Shown piece by piece: positions 49,450 through 60,503 of a DNA stretch of 64,000 nt; positions within the stretch are counted from its first letter, which is position 1; each line of letters begins with the position of its first letter. The DNA comes from an uncultured Gammaproteobacteria bacterium (GTDB lineage: Bacteria; Patescibacteriota; Microgenomatia; CAYQLK01). The stretch is taken from the NCBI GenBank assembly GCA_964445355.1, contig CAYUKQ010000001.1, positions 12,277 through 76,276 of the forward strand. Reading direction: 5' to 3'. Made by a program: the position numbers and the translations under genes. The notes beneath the pieces were generated by a model. That model was not told the origin of the DNA. It saw only the letters and a list, made by a program, of their open reading frames with translations, and made no database searches.

Positions 49450-50675
49450 TAGATATTAAAAAAATCAAGCAAAACCCTTCTTGGTACCAGCAAAAATTTG
49501 ATCAAAAAGGTGTAAATATTTTAGTCAACGACCTGTTGCAAAAAGAAGCAAACAAAAATCAACTTGTCACACAAATTGAACATCTAAATCAAAGAAAAAA
49601 GTCCGCCTCAATGTCGAAATCCTACTCTCAAGAAGGTGTAGAAATTAAAGCGCGGCTAAAGTCACTTGAAGAGGAATTAAAAAAAGTTGAATTAGAGTAC
49701 TCAAAACTATTGCGCGAACTTCCCAATCCAGCTTTTGATGATGTCCCGATCGGTGGGGAAGAAAATAGTTTGGTTGTCGAGAAAAAACACACACCAATCA
49801 AGTTTGATTTTTCACCCAAAAGTCACGAGGATCTAGGCAAGACGCTGGATATTATTGATTTGGAGTCTGCAGCAAAAGTAAGTGGTTCAAGATTTTATTA
49901 TTTGAAAGGAAAAGGAGCTGATTTAGAGCTTGCTCTGCTTCGTTATGCGATCGATATCATCAAAGAGCATAATTTTGAATTAGTACTTCCACCTGTTTTA
50001 ATTACCTCCGATTCCATGAGTGGTATGGGGTATCTTGAGCATGGCGGGAGAGACGAAACATATTATCTGGAGAAAGATGATCTTTATTTGGTTGGAACTG
50101 CAGAGCAATCAATTGGTCCGATGTACAAAGACAATATACTCGACTCAACTAAGTTGCCAATCAGATATGTTGGATATTCACCGTCATTTAGAAGAGAATC
50201 GGGGAGTTACGGTAAGGATACTAAAGGGATAATTAGAGTTCATCAATTCAATAAGTTGGAAATGTTTATTTTCTGTAGACCTGAACAGTCAGTCAATGAA
50301 CACAACCTAATATTAGAAATTGAAAAGAAACTAGTAGACGGACTTGGTTTACCATACCAAATCCTTAATATTGCCTCTGGAGATTTAGGATTGCCAGCTG
50401 CAAAAAAATACGACATCGAAGTTTGGTTCCCGACTCAAGGGAGATATCGTGAGACTCATTCGACTTCTAATACCACTGATTTCCAATCCCGACGGCTCAA
50501 TATTAAATATGTTAATGAAAAAAATGAGAAAGAATATATTCACACGGTCAACGGTACGGGATTCGCTTTTGGAAGGATTATTGCGGCAATTATTGAAAAT
50601 TTTCAAACATCCGATTCAACAATACTTATTCCAGAAAAACTTCAAAAGTATACAGGTTTTAGCTCAATCGAATAG
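49446..50675 (+). CDS. serS: Seryl-tRNA synthetase
   Basis: GTAE, FRRESG, RVHQF, HTVNGT. Confidence 0.96.
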   Translation: MIDIKKIKQNPSWYQQKFDQKGVNILVNDLLQKEANKNQLVTQIEHLNQRKKSASMSKSYSQEGVEIKARLKSLEEELKKVELEYSKLLRELPNPAFDDVPIGGEENSLVVEKKHTPIKFDFSPKSHEDLGKTLDIIDLESAAKVSGSRFYYLKGKGADLELALLRYAIDIIKEHNFELVLPPVLITSDSMSGMGYLEHGGRDETYYLEKDDLYLVGTAEQSIGPMYKDNILDSTKLPIRYVGYSPSFRRESGSYGKDTKGIIRVHQFNKLEMFIFCRPEQSVNEHNLILEIEKKLVDGLGLPYQILNIASGDLGLPAAKKYDIEVWFPTQGRYRETHSTSNTTDFQSRRLNIKYVNEKNEKEYIHTVNGTGFAFGRIIAAIIENFQTSDSTILIPEKLQKYTGFSSIE

Positions 50676-50749
50676 CAGTCAGTCCTTTGGACTGTTATTT
50701 TAACTACAGCTAATCTATAATATCTTTTCGTATATCAACCACAATATAT

Positions 50750-53314
50750 ATGCTTGGAAGGATAGGAAAACTATTAAATTCGAACGAAAAAGAAGTAAAA
50801 AAAATCCAGCCGATCATTTATCGGATCAATGAATTAGAAAAACAATTTCAAAAATTATCTGATTCAAAGCTTAGAAGCAAAACCCAAGAGTTCAAAAAAC
50901 GTATCAGTAACGGTCAAAGTTTGGATGATTTACTTCCAGAAGCCTTTGCGGCTGTCAGAGAAGCATCGGTACGAACCACAAAGATGCGACATTACGATGT
51001 CCAATTAATCTCAGGCGTGGTCCTGCATCAGGGCAAAATTTCTGAACAAAAAACAGGGGAGGGAAAAACACTTTCAGCAACTTTACCTTCTTATTTAAAT
51101 GCACTTACCGAAAAAGGGGTGCATGTTGTGACGGTTAATGACTATTTGGCTAAGCGTGATGCTGAATGGATGGGTCCAATTTATCAAGCCTTAGGCTTAA
51201 AGGTTGGCTACATAGTTCACGAAATTCCGCCAGGGTCAAGTATTCGTAGAGAGATGTATAGCGCCGATATAACCTATGGTACCAACAATGAATTTGGGTT
51301 TGATTATCTCAGAGATAATATGGTCTGGGATCTGAAAAACATGGTACAACGGGGTCACAATTTTGCAATTGTAGATGAGGTTGATTCTATTCTTATCGAC
51401 GAAGCAAGGACTCCACTAATAATTTCCGCACCATCAGGGGAAGCAACGGACAAATATTACACTTTTGCCAAAATTGTAAATGGTTTGGATTCTCAAACAG
51501 ACTTTGTGGTTGACGAAAAGCTAAGATCAGCCAGTTTGTCTGAAGCAGGTATTCAAAAAGTCGAAAAAATTCTCGGAATTGAGAATTTATACGAAACCAA
51601 CTTTTCTACAATTCATCATGTTGAACAAGCAATAAGTGCCAGAACTTTATTTAATAAGGATCGTGATTATGTCATCCGGGGAAACGAAGTGGTGATTGTT
51701 GATGAATTTACAGGTAGGTTAATGGAAGGACGTCGTTACTCGGAGGGTTTACATCAAGCAATTGAAGCGAAAGAAAATGTTCCAATTCAGGAGGAAAGTC
51801 GTACACTTGCCACTATTACTTTTCAAAACTATTTCAGAATGTATGAAAAACTTTCTGGTATGACCGGAACTGCTGAAACCGAAGCGGAAGAATTTTTCAA
51901 AATATATAAGCTTGAAGTTGTAGTAGTTCCACCAAACAGAATCAATATTAGAAAAGATTTTTCCGATGTTGTTTACAAAACCGCAAAAGCCAAGTTTATG
52001 GCAGTCGCTGAAGAAGTCAAAGAAATAAACAAGTCTGGAAGACCTGTCCTTATCGGCACCACATCAATTGAAAAAAATGAGCTTTTATCAGATATTCTTA
52101 AAAAAAATGGAGTTAAGCATGAAGTCCTAAATGCAAAAAATCACACTAAAGAAGCAGAAATAATTTCCCAAGCCGGTCAGAAAAAATCAGTTACTTTAGC
52201 CACTAATATTGCCGGTCGTGGTGTTGATATTAAATTGGGCAAAAGTGTAGATGGTTTGGGTGGTCTGCATATTATTGGCACTGAAAGACACGAATCGAGG
52301 AGGATCGATAATCAGTTAAGAGGTAGGGCTGGCCGACAGGGGGATCCCGGTTCCACGAGATTTTATGTATCGCTTGAGGATGACATTATGAGGTTATTTG
52401 GCGGGGAGTCAATCTCAAGAATAATGACTGCACTAAAACTTCCCGAGGACACTCCGATTGAGAACGCGATGGTTAGCAAAGCAATTGAAAATGCACAGAA
52501 AAAAGTTGAAGGTCACCATTTCGACAGTCGAAAAAGAGTTGTCGAATATGATGATGTGATAAATGTTCAAAGAGAAATTATTTACAAGAAACGTCGGCAA
52601 ATTCTTGAAGCTCAACAAGGTGATTCTAACTCAGAACAAGATTTTAAATCTGATTTTCATCAAAAACTAGAATCCTTCATTCACACTATTGTCAATAATA
52701 ATATAAATCTTTCAGAATCTCCGGATTATGAATTATTGTCAAAAGAGTTTTTTAACATTCTTCCTTTTGATCCTAACTCGCAAAAGGTCATCGCTCAAGA
52801 AATTTCAAACCTCAAAACATCCGATAAAATTTTCGATTTTTTGACAAAAATTGTAACTGATATTAATTCTGAACGGATTAAAAAATATTCACAGGAATCT
52901 GTAGATAAGGCAGAGTTAATCGTTTCACTGAGCGTAATTGATACTTTGTGGATGGAACATATTGATACGCTTGATGATCTTAGGTCTGGTGTGGGGATGC
53001 GCGCATATGCACAAAGAGATCCGTTGGTTGAGTACAAAGCAGAAGCATACAAATTATTTGAAAAATTAATTAGTGACATTGACAATGAAGTTATTAACCG
53101 AGTATTTAAGTTTCCCATAGAATCAATAGGTCAATCGGTTAATGAGCCAGAGATCGATCCGTTAACCGCTCAGGCTTCCGGTGCAATCGAGGCAACCGAT
53201 GATACAATGAAATCTCTAAAAACACCCAGTCCTTCTAAAATTGGAAGAAATGATCCTTGTCCATGTGGTAGTGGAAAAAAATATAAAAAATGTCACCTAG
53301 TTACAAAAAAATAA
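50750..53314 (+). CDS. secA: Preprotein translocase SecA
   Basis: TGEGKT, VDEVDSILIDEARTP, GRAGRQGDPG, C-terminal SEC-C (GRNDPCPCGSGKKYKKC). Confidence 0.98.
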   Translation: MLGRIGKLLNSNEKEVKKIQPIIYRINELEKQFQKLSDSKLRSKTQEFKKRISNGQSLDDLLPEAFAAVREASVRTTKMRHYDVQLISGVVLHQGKISEQKTGEGKTLSATLPSYLNALTEKGVHVVTVNDYLAKRDAEWMGPIYQALGLKVGYIVHEIPPGSSIRREMYSADITYGTNNEFGFDYLRDNMVWDLKNMVQRGHNFAIVDEVDSILIDEARTPLIISAPSGEATDKYYTFAKIVNGLDSQTDFVVDEKLRSASLSEAGIQKVEKILGIENLYETNFSTIHHVEQAISARTLFNKDRDYVIRGNEVVIVDEFTGRLMEGRRYSEGLHQAIEAKENVPIQEESRTLATITFQNYFRMYEKLSGMTGTAETEAEEFFKIYKLEVVVVPPNRINIRKDFSDVVYKTAKAKFMAVAEEVKEINKSGRPVLIGTTSIEKNELLSDILKKNGVKHEVLNAKNHTKEAEIISQAGQKKSVTLATNIAGRGVDIKLGKSVDGLGGLHIIGTERHESRRIDNQLRGRAGRQGDPGSTRFYVSLEDDIMRLFGGESISRIMTALKLPEDTPIENAMVSKAIENAQKKVEGHHFDSRKRVVEYDDVINVQREIIYKKRRQILEAQQGDSNSEQDFKSDFHQKLESFIHTIVNNNINLSESPDYELLSKEFFNILPFDPNSQKVIAQEISNLKTSDKIFDFLTKIVTDINSERIKKYSQESVDKAELIVSLSVIDTLWMEHIDTLDDLRSGVGMRAYAQRDPLVEYKAEAYKLFEKLISDIDNEVINRVFKFPIESIGQSVNEPEIDPLTAQASGAIEATDDTMKSLKTPSPSKIGRNDPCPCGSGKKYKKCHLVTKK

Positions 53315-53359
53315 ATCTATTAATTTAAGTTTTACCTTGTCAAACCGCTGCCAGATAAT

Positions 53360-54457
53360 ATGGTTTTTAAAAAAATCCTAATATCTAAATATCTGATTTT
53401 TTTGCTTTTACTCCTGATCGTATCTTTATTTCTAATAATTATCTTTAGAAGTAACTATCTCGACTTTCTAAGATCAAATCAGTCACTCAATAATTCTTTG
53501 ATCCAGTGTCAGGAAAATAAAAATTATATTAAAAACACCTCTTGTATTAAAAAGAATTTGGAATCATTAGTAATAAATTATGGTCCTTCCCACACATTAA
53601 AATTTGCCAAAGATAATAACTTACAAGTCTCTTACAACTTAAATAATAACATTGAATGTCATGATTTTGCTCATTTGCTTGGAACAATCGCTGGAGAAGT
53701 CACCAAAGATATTGGTGAATCTATAGATCGATGCGGGGAGGATTGCTCAAGTGGTTGTTATCATGGTTTTTTTGAAGGAATAAAGAAAAATCCACTGATC
53801 CCAGATTTGGATTATGAAAATATCTGTCTCAGACAGGTTGCTAAAGAGGAATTAGTTTCCGGATGTCTTCATGCTCAAGGACACTATTTTATGGAATTAA
53901 ATCAAAATATTCTCTCCGACGGTTTTAAAAAATGTCTTGCATTAAAAACAACGGACAAAAATAAAAAATCTTGTCTTTCTGGAGGATTTATGGAGGCTCA
54001 AACACTCAGAGACAATAAAATAATGACCCCATCTACTCCTAATATGCCTGCTCCGGAAGATTATTTCCAATTTTGCCAAAAATTTAGTGGTCTCGTACTT
54101 GATTATTGTTTACAGGACGGTGGCTCATACGTTTATCGATTCACCCTTAACCCTAAAATGGCGACCAATTTCTGTATTGATTATGTCAGTAAATCAAATC
54201 AAGAAGGGTGTTTATCTTCGGTTGGGGGATTTTTTCACCGTAAGAACCCAAATATTTATTTAGAATACATCTCAAAATACTGTCGTTTAGCAAAAAACGA
54301 TTTTACATTTAGTTGTTTTGCAGGCGGAGTAGAGAGTATTCATCTTGGGGGTCAAGATATTCAGCCGTTAATTACCATTTGCATCGAACAAAAAATTCTT
54401 CCAGAACAAGATTGTCAAAAACTCTTAACCATAAAAAATAACAAGACAAGCAATTAA
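53360..54457 (+). CDS. Membrane-anchored Cys-rich repeat protein
   Basis: TM followed by repeated C..C...G helical units (CHDFAH.LG, CYHG, CLHAQG, CLSGG). Confidence 0.7.
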   Translation: MVFKKILISKYLIFLLLLLIVSLFLIIIFRSNYLDFLRSNQSLNNSLIQCQENKNYIKNTSCIKKNLESLVINYGPSHTLKFAKDNNLQVSYNLNNNIECHDFAHLLGTIAGEVTKDIGESIDRCGEDCSSGCYHGFFEGIKKNPLIPDLDYENICLRQVAKEELVSGCLHAQGHYFMELNQNILSDGFKKCLALKTTDKNKKSCLSGGFMEAQTLRDNKIMTPSTPNMPAPEDYFQFCQKFSGLVLDYCLQDGGSYVYRFTLNPKMATNFCIDYVSKSNQEGCLSSVGGFFHRKNPNIYLEYISKYCRLAKNDFTFSCFAGGVESIHLGGQDIQPLITICIEQKILPEQDCQKLLTIKNNKTSN

Positions 54458-54551
54458 TTAATGGTAAAAACTTTTAATTACAGCGATAATGATAACAAGC
54501 ATATCAAATCGCTATAAGCATATTGGAAGCATAACTAACTCATAAATATTA

Positions 54552-56627
54552 ATGTTCGCTGCCCAAAAATTTTTACCGACCAATATAAGATCGATTATTC
54601 TACTGATCGCCCTGATTCTCTTTACTTTTGCAAATATCTCTGCTCATCTTTTTATTAAAAACGCATTAACCTCAAGTCTTGATCGAGAATTGGGAAAATC
54701 TAATCGTTCTCAAGCCGAAATCGTAGCATCAAGATTTAGTTCAGAAATTGAGAAGCATTTTGACAGTTTGGCCAGCTTAGAGAACTACTATTTAAACAAT
54801 CAGTCTAGTGTTGATATTGATAATCAAAAAAATTATGCCCAAAGTTTAATTAGTTCCAAAAGCTCTTTCAATCAAATCGGATTATTGAATTCAAATCTGG
54901 AACCAGTTGTCGTTTCAGATAGTTCTATACCAGATAAGGATTTTGTAAAAGACTTTCTGACAATTCCTAACATTCAAGATTCTATAAAAGCGAACACAAT
55001 TTATAAGGAAGAGTTTGTTGGCGGGCCGCTCGAACTACCCAGTAAAAGAACACTCTTTGTTCTTTTTCATCCAATTAGTATAAGTGGCACATTTGAAGGA
55101 CTGTCGTTTGGAGTAATCGATATTAACAGATTATCACGCAATGTATTTTCATCCAGCAATGCCGAGAAATTTAACGTAGCAATTCTTGTAAATAATAATA
55201 ATCTTTTAATTTATGACGCAAGCGAAGTGCAGAAAACACATCAAATTGATATTGTTTCTGAATTTGGCAAAACAGTATTTGATTTAAAATTTTATCCAAA
55301 AAACTTTATTACAGAATCGGGGCAAATTGCCATCCAAATAGTGTATGCCTCGATCATTGCGATTCAAACACTCGCGGTTGCGATATTGTTGATCTTTATG
55401 ACACAAACTCACGAATTAGAAAAAAAGGTTTCTGAGCGCACAGCTGAGATCTTACAAAAAAACAAATTAATTACCGAAGAAGAAGAAAAAATTAAGAAAA
55501 TTATCAATAATACCCCCGTCGGAATAATGGCGATTAGGAATTCTGATAAAAAATTAATTTTTTACAATCAAAAAATTACAGATTTTTTAGGTAACGACTT
55601 AGACTCTATTACGACGCTCGACGAAGTCATCGTTTCGCTTTCACCAACTAATAAACAAGGCGAAGCATTTAATGTTCGCCTCCTCCCTTACAATCAAACA
55701 GACTTAACTAAAAAAACATCCATGACCGACGAACTAATACTACAAATTAACGGTGAGCAAAAACAAGTAAAAATGGTAGCCGTGCCAATCCGTCATGAAG
55801 ATGGACAAAATGAAACATTGGTGGTTATAACGGACTTAACTGAAGAGGCAAAACTGGCTGAAAATCTAAAAAAAGTAAACACTGAACTATTAAATATGGA
55901 TAAGCAAAAGGACGAATTTTTATCTGTCACTTCACACGAGTTAAGAACCCCAATGACAACTATAAAAGGATATGTTGATATGATTCTTAATGGTGATGCA
56001 GGTGAAATTAATTCTGAGATTAAACAGTATCTGACTGAAGTCTATAAAAGCGTGAATAGACTAACCTCACTTGTAAACAATATTCTGACCGTCTCTAGAC
56101 TTCAAAACAAAGCACTTCAATTCAACCTCAAAGCTGTAAATATTAATCAAATCATTTCCGACAATCTGGAATCTTGGAGAGTACTTGGGGGTGGAAAACC
56201 TATCGAATTTAGTTTTATTCAACCCAATACTCCACTTCCGGCAGTCATGGCAGATCCTGATAAAATCATCGAAATATTAAACAATTTTATTTCTAATGCA
56301 TTTAAATACACCGAAAAGGGCAAAGTTTCGATATTTTTGAAAAACGACGAAAATTATGTTTATGTTTCAATTCAAGATACTGGTATCGGGATAGAGAGTA
56401 ATGAAGTCGAAAAAATATTCCAAAGGTTTTACAGAATTGATAATACGAAGGCCAGAAACCAAGAAGGCACAGGATTAGGGTTGTATATTGCAAAAGATTT
56501 AGTTGAAAAAATGCACGGCAAAGTATTTGTTCATTCATCAGTCGGATCTGGGTCAACGTTTTCATTCTCATTACCAATTTTTAAAGAAGACAAGGTTCCA
56601 CTGCGTCGCGATACGCTATATCAGTAA
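54552..56627 (+). CDS. Sensor histidine kinase (extracellular sensor, PAS-like, HisKA, HATPase)
   Basis: SHELRTP, NAFKY, DTGIG, GTGLGL. Confidence 0.95.
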   Translation: MFAAQKFLPTNIRSIILLIALILFTFANISAHLFIKNALTSSLDRELGKSNRSQAEIVASRFSSEIEKHFDSLASLENYYLNNQSSVDIDNQKNYAQSLISSKSSFNQIGLLNSNLEPVVVSDSSIPDKDFVKDFLTIPNIQDSIKANTIYKEEFVGGPLELPSKRTLFVLFHPISISGTFEGLSFGVIDINRLSRNVFSSSNAEKFNVAILVNNNNLLIYDASEVQKTHQIDIVSEFGKTVFDLKFYPKNFITESGQIAIQIVYASIIAIQTLAVAILLIFMTQTHELEKKVSERTAEILQKNKLITEEEEKIKKIINNTPVGIMAIRNSDKKLIFYNQKITDFLGNDLDSITTLDEVIVSLSPTNKQGEAFNVRLLPYNQTDLTKKTSMTDELILQINGEQKQVKMVAVPIRHEDGQNETLVVITDLTEEAKLAENLKKVNTELLNMDKQKDEFLSVTSHELRTPMTTIKGYVDMILNGDAGEINSEIKQYLTEVYKSVNRLTSLVNNILTVSRLQNKALQFNLKAVNINQIISDNLESWRVLGGGKPIEFSFIQPNTPLPAVMADPDKIIEILNNFISNAFKYTEKGKVSIFLKNDENYVYVSIQDTGIGIESNEVEKIFQRFYRIDNTKARNQEGTGLGLYIAKDLVEKMHGKVFVHSSVGSGSTFSFSLPIFKEDKVPLRRDTLYQ

Positions 56628-56680
56628 ATAAACACATTCTGGTGTTTATATGGTAGCTTTAATTACGTATAATTTAATCT

Positions 56681-57208
56681 ATGACTAACCCACCCGATCA
56701 AAGCAACCAAACTCAACCAGCAAATACTTTGATTACACCACAGCCGGTCAACACCACTCCTGTTAAAGCGGTTAACGATCAGGCTACCGTCACTGCATCT
56801 AATTCCGCTACCCTAATTCAAGATAATCAATCAGGGCAAGGTGTCAAAACCGTGAAAAATATTCTTTTGATCGAAGATGATCCTGTCATTATTCGCATGT
56901 ATAGTACGAAGCTTACAAACTCTGGCTATTTGGTCAAGGAAGCATCTAATGGTGAGGAGGCCATTAATATCCTCGGTAACTACAAACCAGACATCATCCT
57001 ACTAGATCTAATGCTTCCCAAAATCGACGGATTCGGGTTTTTACAGCAAGCCCGTGAGAAAATTACTAATGTTCCGGTTATCATATTAACTAACCTAAGT
57101 CAGGACACTGACAAATCAAGAGCCAAAGATTTGGGTGCGGTAGATTTTTTAGTCAAGGCTGATATTACTCCACAAGATGTCGTGAACACGATCCAAAAGT
57201 ACATTTAA
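56681..57208 (+). CDS. Single-domain response regulator with disordered N-terminus
   Basis: IEDD, LLDLMLP, LTN, FLVK. Confidence 0.92.
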   Translation: MTNPPDQSNQTQPANTLITPQPVNTTPVKAVNDQATVTASNSATLIQDNQSGQGVKTVKNILLIEDDPVIIRMYSTKLTNSGYLVKEASNGEEAINILGNYKPDIILLDLMLPKIDGFGFLQQAREKITNVPVIILTNLSQDTDKSRAKDLGAVDFLVKADITPQDVVNTIQKYI

Positions 57209-57212
57209 TGCA

Positions 57213-58931
57213 ATGCTCCTGCCCAATGAAGATCTAAAAAAATCACTACTAGAATCAGGTTATGTCAACGAATCCCAATATGCTGATGCACTAAATGCGT
57301 CAAGAATGTTTAAGCAGCCGGTAATAGAAATTATTCTTTCGCGCGGGTTAATTCAAGAAGAGACGCTGGGTGAAGTTCTTTCAAAAACTTCAGGATTTCC
57401 CTTTGCTCCCTTAAAAACCAAAATTGATCCCAAAATTCTTAACATTATCCCCCCGGGGTTCGCTAACAAAAACCGTTGCATCATATTCGATATCAAAGAT
57501 AACGAATTGCAAATCGCTACATCCGATCCGGAAAATCATACAGCGTTTAATCAAATTCAGCTTAAAACCGGCAAAAGTATTAGGTTGTTTTTTACTTTGC
57601 CTTCGATTCTCAACAAGGCTATGGGTCAATACAGGCAGGATATTGCTGAAGGTTTCAAATCCGAAATTACCAAAACCGCTTCACTTGCGGCAAGCTCAGC
57701 CGGTCCCAAAATAGGAGAAAATATTAATGTTGTTAGAACTTTTGACAAAATTTTGCAATTCGCTGCAGCCAAAAATGCTTCAGATATTCACATTGTCGGC
57801 TATCAATCAAGGGTGATTATTAGGTTTAGGATCAATGGTAGACTAAAAGATATCTTAGAGCTACCAAAAAGTATCCAATCAGGTTTGATCGCCAGAATTA
57901 AAATCCTTTCTTCACTCAAGATCGATGAACACCGTGTTCCTCAAGACGGGCGATTCAGATTCGACTACTTAACAGAACAGTACTCAGTTCGTGTTTCAAT
58001 TTTACCTTTATCCACTGGGGAGGATGCAGTCCTTCGTCTACTTTCTGACTCATCCGCCCCAAAAAGCCTTGAAGAAATTGGTCTCCGGGGCAAAAATTTA
58101 GAATTAATGAAAATTGAATTAGAGAAACCTCAAGGTATGATTCTATCAACCGGACCGACCGGCTCAGGTAAAACGACCACGCTATACAATCTCTTAAAAA
58201 TTCTTAATAAAGAAGATGTAAATATTATTACGATTGAAGATCCAGTTGAGTACACGATCGATCGTGTTAATCAGATTCAGGTTAATTCGACCACTGGTCT
58301 TACATTTGCATCCGGACTAAGATCAATACTCCGTCATGATCCGGATATTATTTTGGTGGGTGAAATTAGAGATGCTGAAACTGCTGATATCGCCATTCAC
58401 TCAGCTCTAACCGGGCACTTGGTATTGTCAACGTTACACACCAACGACGCGCCCACAGCTATTCCCAGATTTGAAGATCTTGGAATTGAACCATTCTTAT
58501 TAGCATCAACATTATCAGTAATTATTGCTCAGCGACTTGTAAGAAGATTAGACCCCAACAAAATAGAAAGTTATCAGGTTCCACAGAGTATTATCGATCG
58601 TTTTAGTCAATATCTCGGTTCAGAGGCGTCAACACAATTATTAACCAAAACCAGCTTTTATAAACCAAGAGAAGATGTCGATCCGGAAGAAGTGTTTATT
58701 GGTAGAATTGCTGTATTCGAAATCCTTAAAATAACTCCTAAAATCCGTGAACTTATTCAAAACAAAGCATCGTTAGAAGAGTTAACTGCTCAAGCCAGAA
58801 TTGAAGGCTTTACTACAATGTTAGAAGATGGGATCGATAAAGCCGCCGCTGGTTTAACAACTTTAGAGGAAGTTCTTGACGCAGTATCAGAAAGCGTTGA
58901 TTATGACGATCAATCTGAAAAAAAATCATAA
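57213..58931 (+). CDS. pilB: Type IV pilus assembly ATPase PilB/GspE
   Basis: ASDIH, PQDGR, GPTGSGKTT, TIEDPVE, LRHDPD, TGHLVLSTLH. Confidence 0.92.
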   Translation: MLLPNEDLKKSLLESGYVNESQYADALNASRMFKQPVIEIILSRGLIQEETLGEVLSKTSGFPFAPLKTKIDPKILNIIPPGFANKNRCIIFDIKDNELQIATSDPENHTAFNQIQLKTGKSIRLFFTLPSILNKAMGQYRQDIAEGFKSEITKTASLAASSAGPKIGENINVVRTFDKILQFAAAKNASDIHIVGYQSRVIIRFRINGRLKDILELPKSIQSGLIARIKILSSLKIDEHRVPQDGRFRFDYLTEQYSVRVSILPLSTGEDAVLRLLSDSSAPKSLEEIGLRGKNLELMKIELEKPQGMILSTGPTGSGKTTTLYNLLKILNKEDVNIITIEDPVEYTIDRVNQIQVNSTTGLTFASGLRSILRHDPDIILVGEIRDAETADIAIHSALTGHLVLSTLHTNDAPTAIPRFEDLGIEPFLLASTLSVIIAQRLVRRLDPNKIESYQVPQSIIDRFSQYLGSEASTQLLTKTSFYKPREDVDPEEVFIGRIAVFEILKITPKIRELIQNKASLEELTAQARIEGFTTMLEDGIDKAAAGLTTLEEVLDAVSESVDYDDQSEKKS

Positions 58932-58938
58932 ATAAAAA

Positions 58939-60018
58939 ATGAATTTCTCAATACCGCTCTTTAACCCGAATCCTATACCGACAAAAACTAAAATTGAATT
59001 TTTTCAGAATCTAGCAACCATGATTGATGCTGGCATCCCAATTGATCAAGCAATCAGATCAATTGTTGAGGATAATGAAAAATCATCAAAAAATATAGTA
59101 TTTAACACTCTTGTTAAAAACCTTGAATCCGGCAAGTCACTTAATGAGGGTATGGCGAATTTCCCAATGTACTTCAGTAGATCTGAAGTATCCGTTGTCA
59201 AAGCTGGTGAAGTTGGTGGTACACTGACCGACTCACTAAGAATTTTAGTTAGAACCCTAAAAGAACAGGAATTTATTAAAAAATCAATTAAATCCGCCAT
59301 GACATACCCAGGTATGGTCATGGGGGTGATGGCAGTGGTAAGTACAGTTCTGGTATTGTTTGTGATTCCCAGACTGGGTGAAACGTTTCTAAGATTAAAT
59401 GTCAAAATTCCATTACCGACCCAGATTCTAATACATGTATCTCTTTTTCTTCAAAAAAACCAAATACTTTCGATTCTTGGAATCATATTGATTACTGTAC
59501 TGTTGATACTATACGCTCGAAGCAATCTTGGTAGGAAATCGCTTATTTGGATTTTATCCAAAATACCTGTAACAAAACGTATTATGCTTGAAATCGATCT
59601 GGCTCGAGTTTCAACCATTTTTTCTTCTCTACTAACTTCAGGAATTCCAATTCTTGAAGTTTTAGATCTTACCAGGGAGACATTAATTTTACCCGAGGTC
59701 AAACGGAGTATTACTCAAATATCACGAGATTTAGCCTCTGGTTCTACTTTAGAAGCGGCATTCGACAAACACCGCAAAATATATCCTTCGACCTTTCGGC
59801 GGATATTGGCAACAGGAGAAAAATCAGGAACTCTGGAAACATCGATGTCGCAAGTATTTGAATATTATTCAACTTCGGTAACAGATAAGCTGAAAAACAT
59901 TTCAGTAATTATTGAGCCTGTTATTTTGATAGTGATCGCACTCGGAGTAGGTGGGTTGATTATTTCTTTTATTGGTCCAGTTTATGAACTTATCGGATCG
60001 TTAAACAAAGCAGTATGA
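58939..60018 (+). CDS. pilC: Type IV pilus platform protein PilC/GspF
   Basis: Two T2SSF repeats (GEVGG.L, GEKSG.L), YP, IEP. Confidence 0.9.
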   Translation: MNFSIPLFNPNPIPTKTKIEFFQNLATMIDAGIPIDQAIRSIVEDNEKSSKNIVFNTLVKNLESGKSLNEGMANFPMYFSRSEVSVVKAGEVGGTLTDSLRILVRTLKEQEFIKKSIKSAMTYPGMVMGVMAVVSTVLVLFVIPRLGETFLRLNVKIPLPTQILIHVSLFLQKNQILSILGIILITVLLILYARSNLGRKSLIWILSKIPVTKRIMLEIDLARVSTIFSSLLTSGIPILEVLDLTRETLILPEVKRSITQISRDLASGSTLEAAFDKHRKIYPSTFRRILATGEKSGTLETSMSQVFEYYSTSVTDKLKNISVIIEPVILIVIALGVGGLIISFIGPVYELIGSLNKAV

Positions 60019-60503
60019 TGCCTAATATAAGTAGGATTAAGACCGGATTTACACTGGTAGAGGTTGTTCTGGTTGTGACAATTTTAGGTCTTGTCGTTGT
60101 ATTTAGCTCAGTTGTATTTAGTAATCAGCAAAACCAAACTAGTTTGGAAAGCACGATACTTGAAGTGAATTCATCAATCAGAGAGGTGCAAAATAAATCC
60201 TTGTCTCAATCTCAGGATATTTCCAGTGACGAAAATTTTGGCATATATTTTTCAACTAATTCATATACTACTTTTAAGGGAAACAGCTATTCAGTCAATA
60301 ACCCAACGAATTTTACGGTTAATTTTGGATCAGGTATCATACTTTCTTCAATCAATTTTCCCAACTCACAACTTATCTTCGATCGGCTTACGGGCAAGCT
60401 AACATCCTATTCAGATTCACAAAACACAATAGTATTCTCAACATTTGATAATGCAACAAAGACACTAACAATCAATCCATATGGCGCAATTACGATTGAA
60501 TAA
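60015..60503 (+). CDS. Minor pilin (FimT/GspH-like)
   Basis: GFTLVEV prepilin motif. Confidence 0.8.
   Translation: MMPNISRIKTGFTLVEVVLVVTILGLVVVFSSVVFSNQQNQTSLESTILEVNSSIREVQNKSLSQSQDISSDENFGIYFSTNSYTTFKGNSYSVNNPTNFTVNFGSGIILSSINFPNSQLIFDRLTGKLTSYSDSQNTIVFSTFDNATKTLTINPYGAITIE

Noticed and set aside
54497-54533. Three AAGCATA direct repeats upstream of the histidine kinase
   Set aside because: Irregular spacing (19 and 11 bp) in AT-rich DNA, and the cognate regulator has no DNA-binding domain
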